Source of the DNA: Antedon mediterranea
Lineage: Eukaryota > Animalia > Echinodermata
Reading direction: 5' to 3'
Assembly (NCBI RefSeq): GCF_964355755.1
Contig: NC_092676.1
Location: 24,694,871-24,758,870 of the forward strand
DNA: 64,000 bases
This document shows positions 62,472 through 64,000 of the stretch, piece after piece. How positions within the stretch are numbered: the first letter of the stretch is position 1; each line of letters opens with the position of its first letter. Position numbers and translations under genes: made by a program. The notes under the pieces were generated by a model. The model was not told the DNA's origin. It made no database searches and worked only from the letters and a program-made list of their open reading frames with translations.

Positions 62472-63730
62472 TTACGTCATCTCTAACACATCGAATGGTG
62501 CATCATGGCACTCTGACGTCACAGCATCAGTTTTGCTGACATCTTGTGTTTTGATGATTACTCTAAAAACGAAATATAAATGACTTTATGAGGTAAAGGA
62601 AACGTCTTAACTTACCAAGGACTGGCGCAGATTCTGGGGAGGACAGGGGTCAGTTGAGGCGAAGGAAACGTCTTAACGGCTTACCAAGGACTGTCGTAGA
62701 GGTCGGGTGAGGTGAAGGAGTGGAAGTACGTTCATAAATTGTTTTTAGAGGGGAGAATATTCGAAACGGATCGGCGGCCTTGGTAACTAGTCTTGTAAGC
62801 CTACAAGGATAACGTGGCTATTCTTGTTAAACCACTTACACACAAAACTTTGGATTGCACTTGTAGGCCCTGACGATAGACTAAAGGATTGTAGAACTAA
62901 TTAAGTAAACTTACCCTAGTGTTTCACCTTCATGAATAGTCTGTGGTAAATGTGTACCTTTGGTTTCTGGAAGAGTCACTATTAAAAGAGCACCGATACC
63001 AGACACGCCGGCAAAAATAAAATAAGGGAGCTGCGTGAAACCCGTACCAATGAACATTAGTTGAGGGGCTAGCACTGATCCGAGGCTACCTATCATGGTT
63101 GAAACTCCAATTCCAACATTTCTGTTAAATAAATGTTCAAAACATATGTTATCTACTGTTCAAATATTGTAGGCCTATTCAGTTTAGTAGTTTGGAATAT
63201 AGGCCTATTAGACCTAACCTCTTATGATTATAATGACATTACCAATAATTATAATTAATGTTAATTACCTAATAGGTGTGGGTAAGATTTCCGCTGAAAA
63301 TATAAAATGAATATTATAACACGATGAAATGCTGAACTTGCCAATCAGCCCAAACGTGAACACTAACCAGTTACCTAATTAAAGAAACAGAGAAATAAAT
63401 GCAATTAATTGTACATTTCTGTCAAAGGTGCGATGCATTGTTGCAGTGCGACTGATAGTCAACCGTGTATTATAGCTGTCCTAAGAGAAATTATTTAACT
63501 ATTATAATTAATAATTCGTACTTGTGAATGCGATTGCAATACATGCAATTCCTGACATTGACAAAAAGAAACCCATCACTGGACGACGCCCCCATCGGTC
63601 TATAAAGTATCTGCTGAAAAGACACGCGGGAATTTCTACTGCAGCCGATAAAGCAACGGTTATGTAGTCGTCTGAACTCAAGGCAATTGCACCGAGTGAT
63701 ACTCCGTAGTACACGAGGTTTACCACGAAT
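62472..63730 (-). CDS. SLC22 organic cation/anion transporter, 3' part. Exons 63730-63522, 63374-63269, 63121-62915, 62562-62472; continues beyond the window
   Basis: VYYGVSL, AVEIPA, DRWGRR, IFSAEILPTPIRNVGIG, LPETKGTHLPQT. Confidence 0.9.
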
Positions 63731-64000
63731 CTGAAATAATCATAAAAACCGATTTAAATACATTGTCATTCATTGTAAAACTAACGTTTTAAGCATATAG
63801 GCCTACAATTGCCATCAATAAATTATTTTTTATTGCAGTAGGCCTACATAGGTATTATTAGTGCAGTATTAACTTGAAAGCTATTCCTACACCATCAAAC
63901 GTTATGTGACAAAAAATGTGATGTGCCCATAAATGAACACGATGGCGTCATATCATAAACATAATATTTGGAAACATCACACTTTTTTATCATCAAAATA

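Noticed and set aside
62590-62792. Short duplication followed by CTAGT, possible Helitron 3' end
   Set aside because: No convincing hairpin or 5' end

Overview
AT-rich, intron-rich animal genomic DNA, probably a marine invertebrate deuterostome (inferred from gene structure, not proven); no prokaryotic systems. Genes reconstructed from splice sites: a complete 13-exon ZDHHC17/HIP14 palmitoyltransferase (+, 1342-18585) with an AT-AC U12 intron; a complete KIF17/OSM-3 kinesin-2 (+, 21630-33866); three tandem 13-exon CYP3-clan P450s (two recent duplicates and one divergent copy); and the 3' end of a convergent SLC22 transporter (-). Introns and intergenic DNA are dense in transposons. These include an 8.9-kb foldback Academ-like element built from two 3' ends with three further nested layers, MULE-, hAT-, Kolobok-, P-, Harbinger-, pogo- and ISL2EU-like non-autonomous elements, LINE/SINE tails, a minisatellite grown inside a MITE, a ~130-bp satellite with 4-mer higher-order structure, and an alpha-tubulin retro-fragment. 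The most unusual signals are the Academ foldback, the MITE-derived minisatellite and a strong, regionally biased excess of TAGGCCTA/TACWGTA motifs resembling transposon excision footprints. No new protein-coding system is supported. Counts are by eye and coordinates may be off by a few bases.
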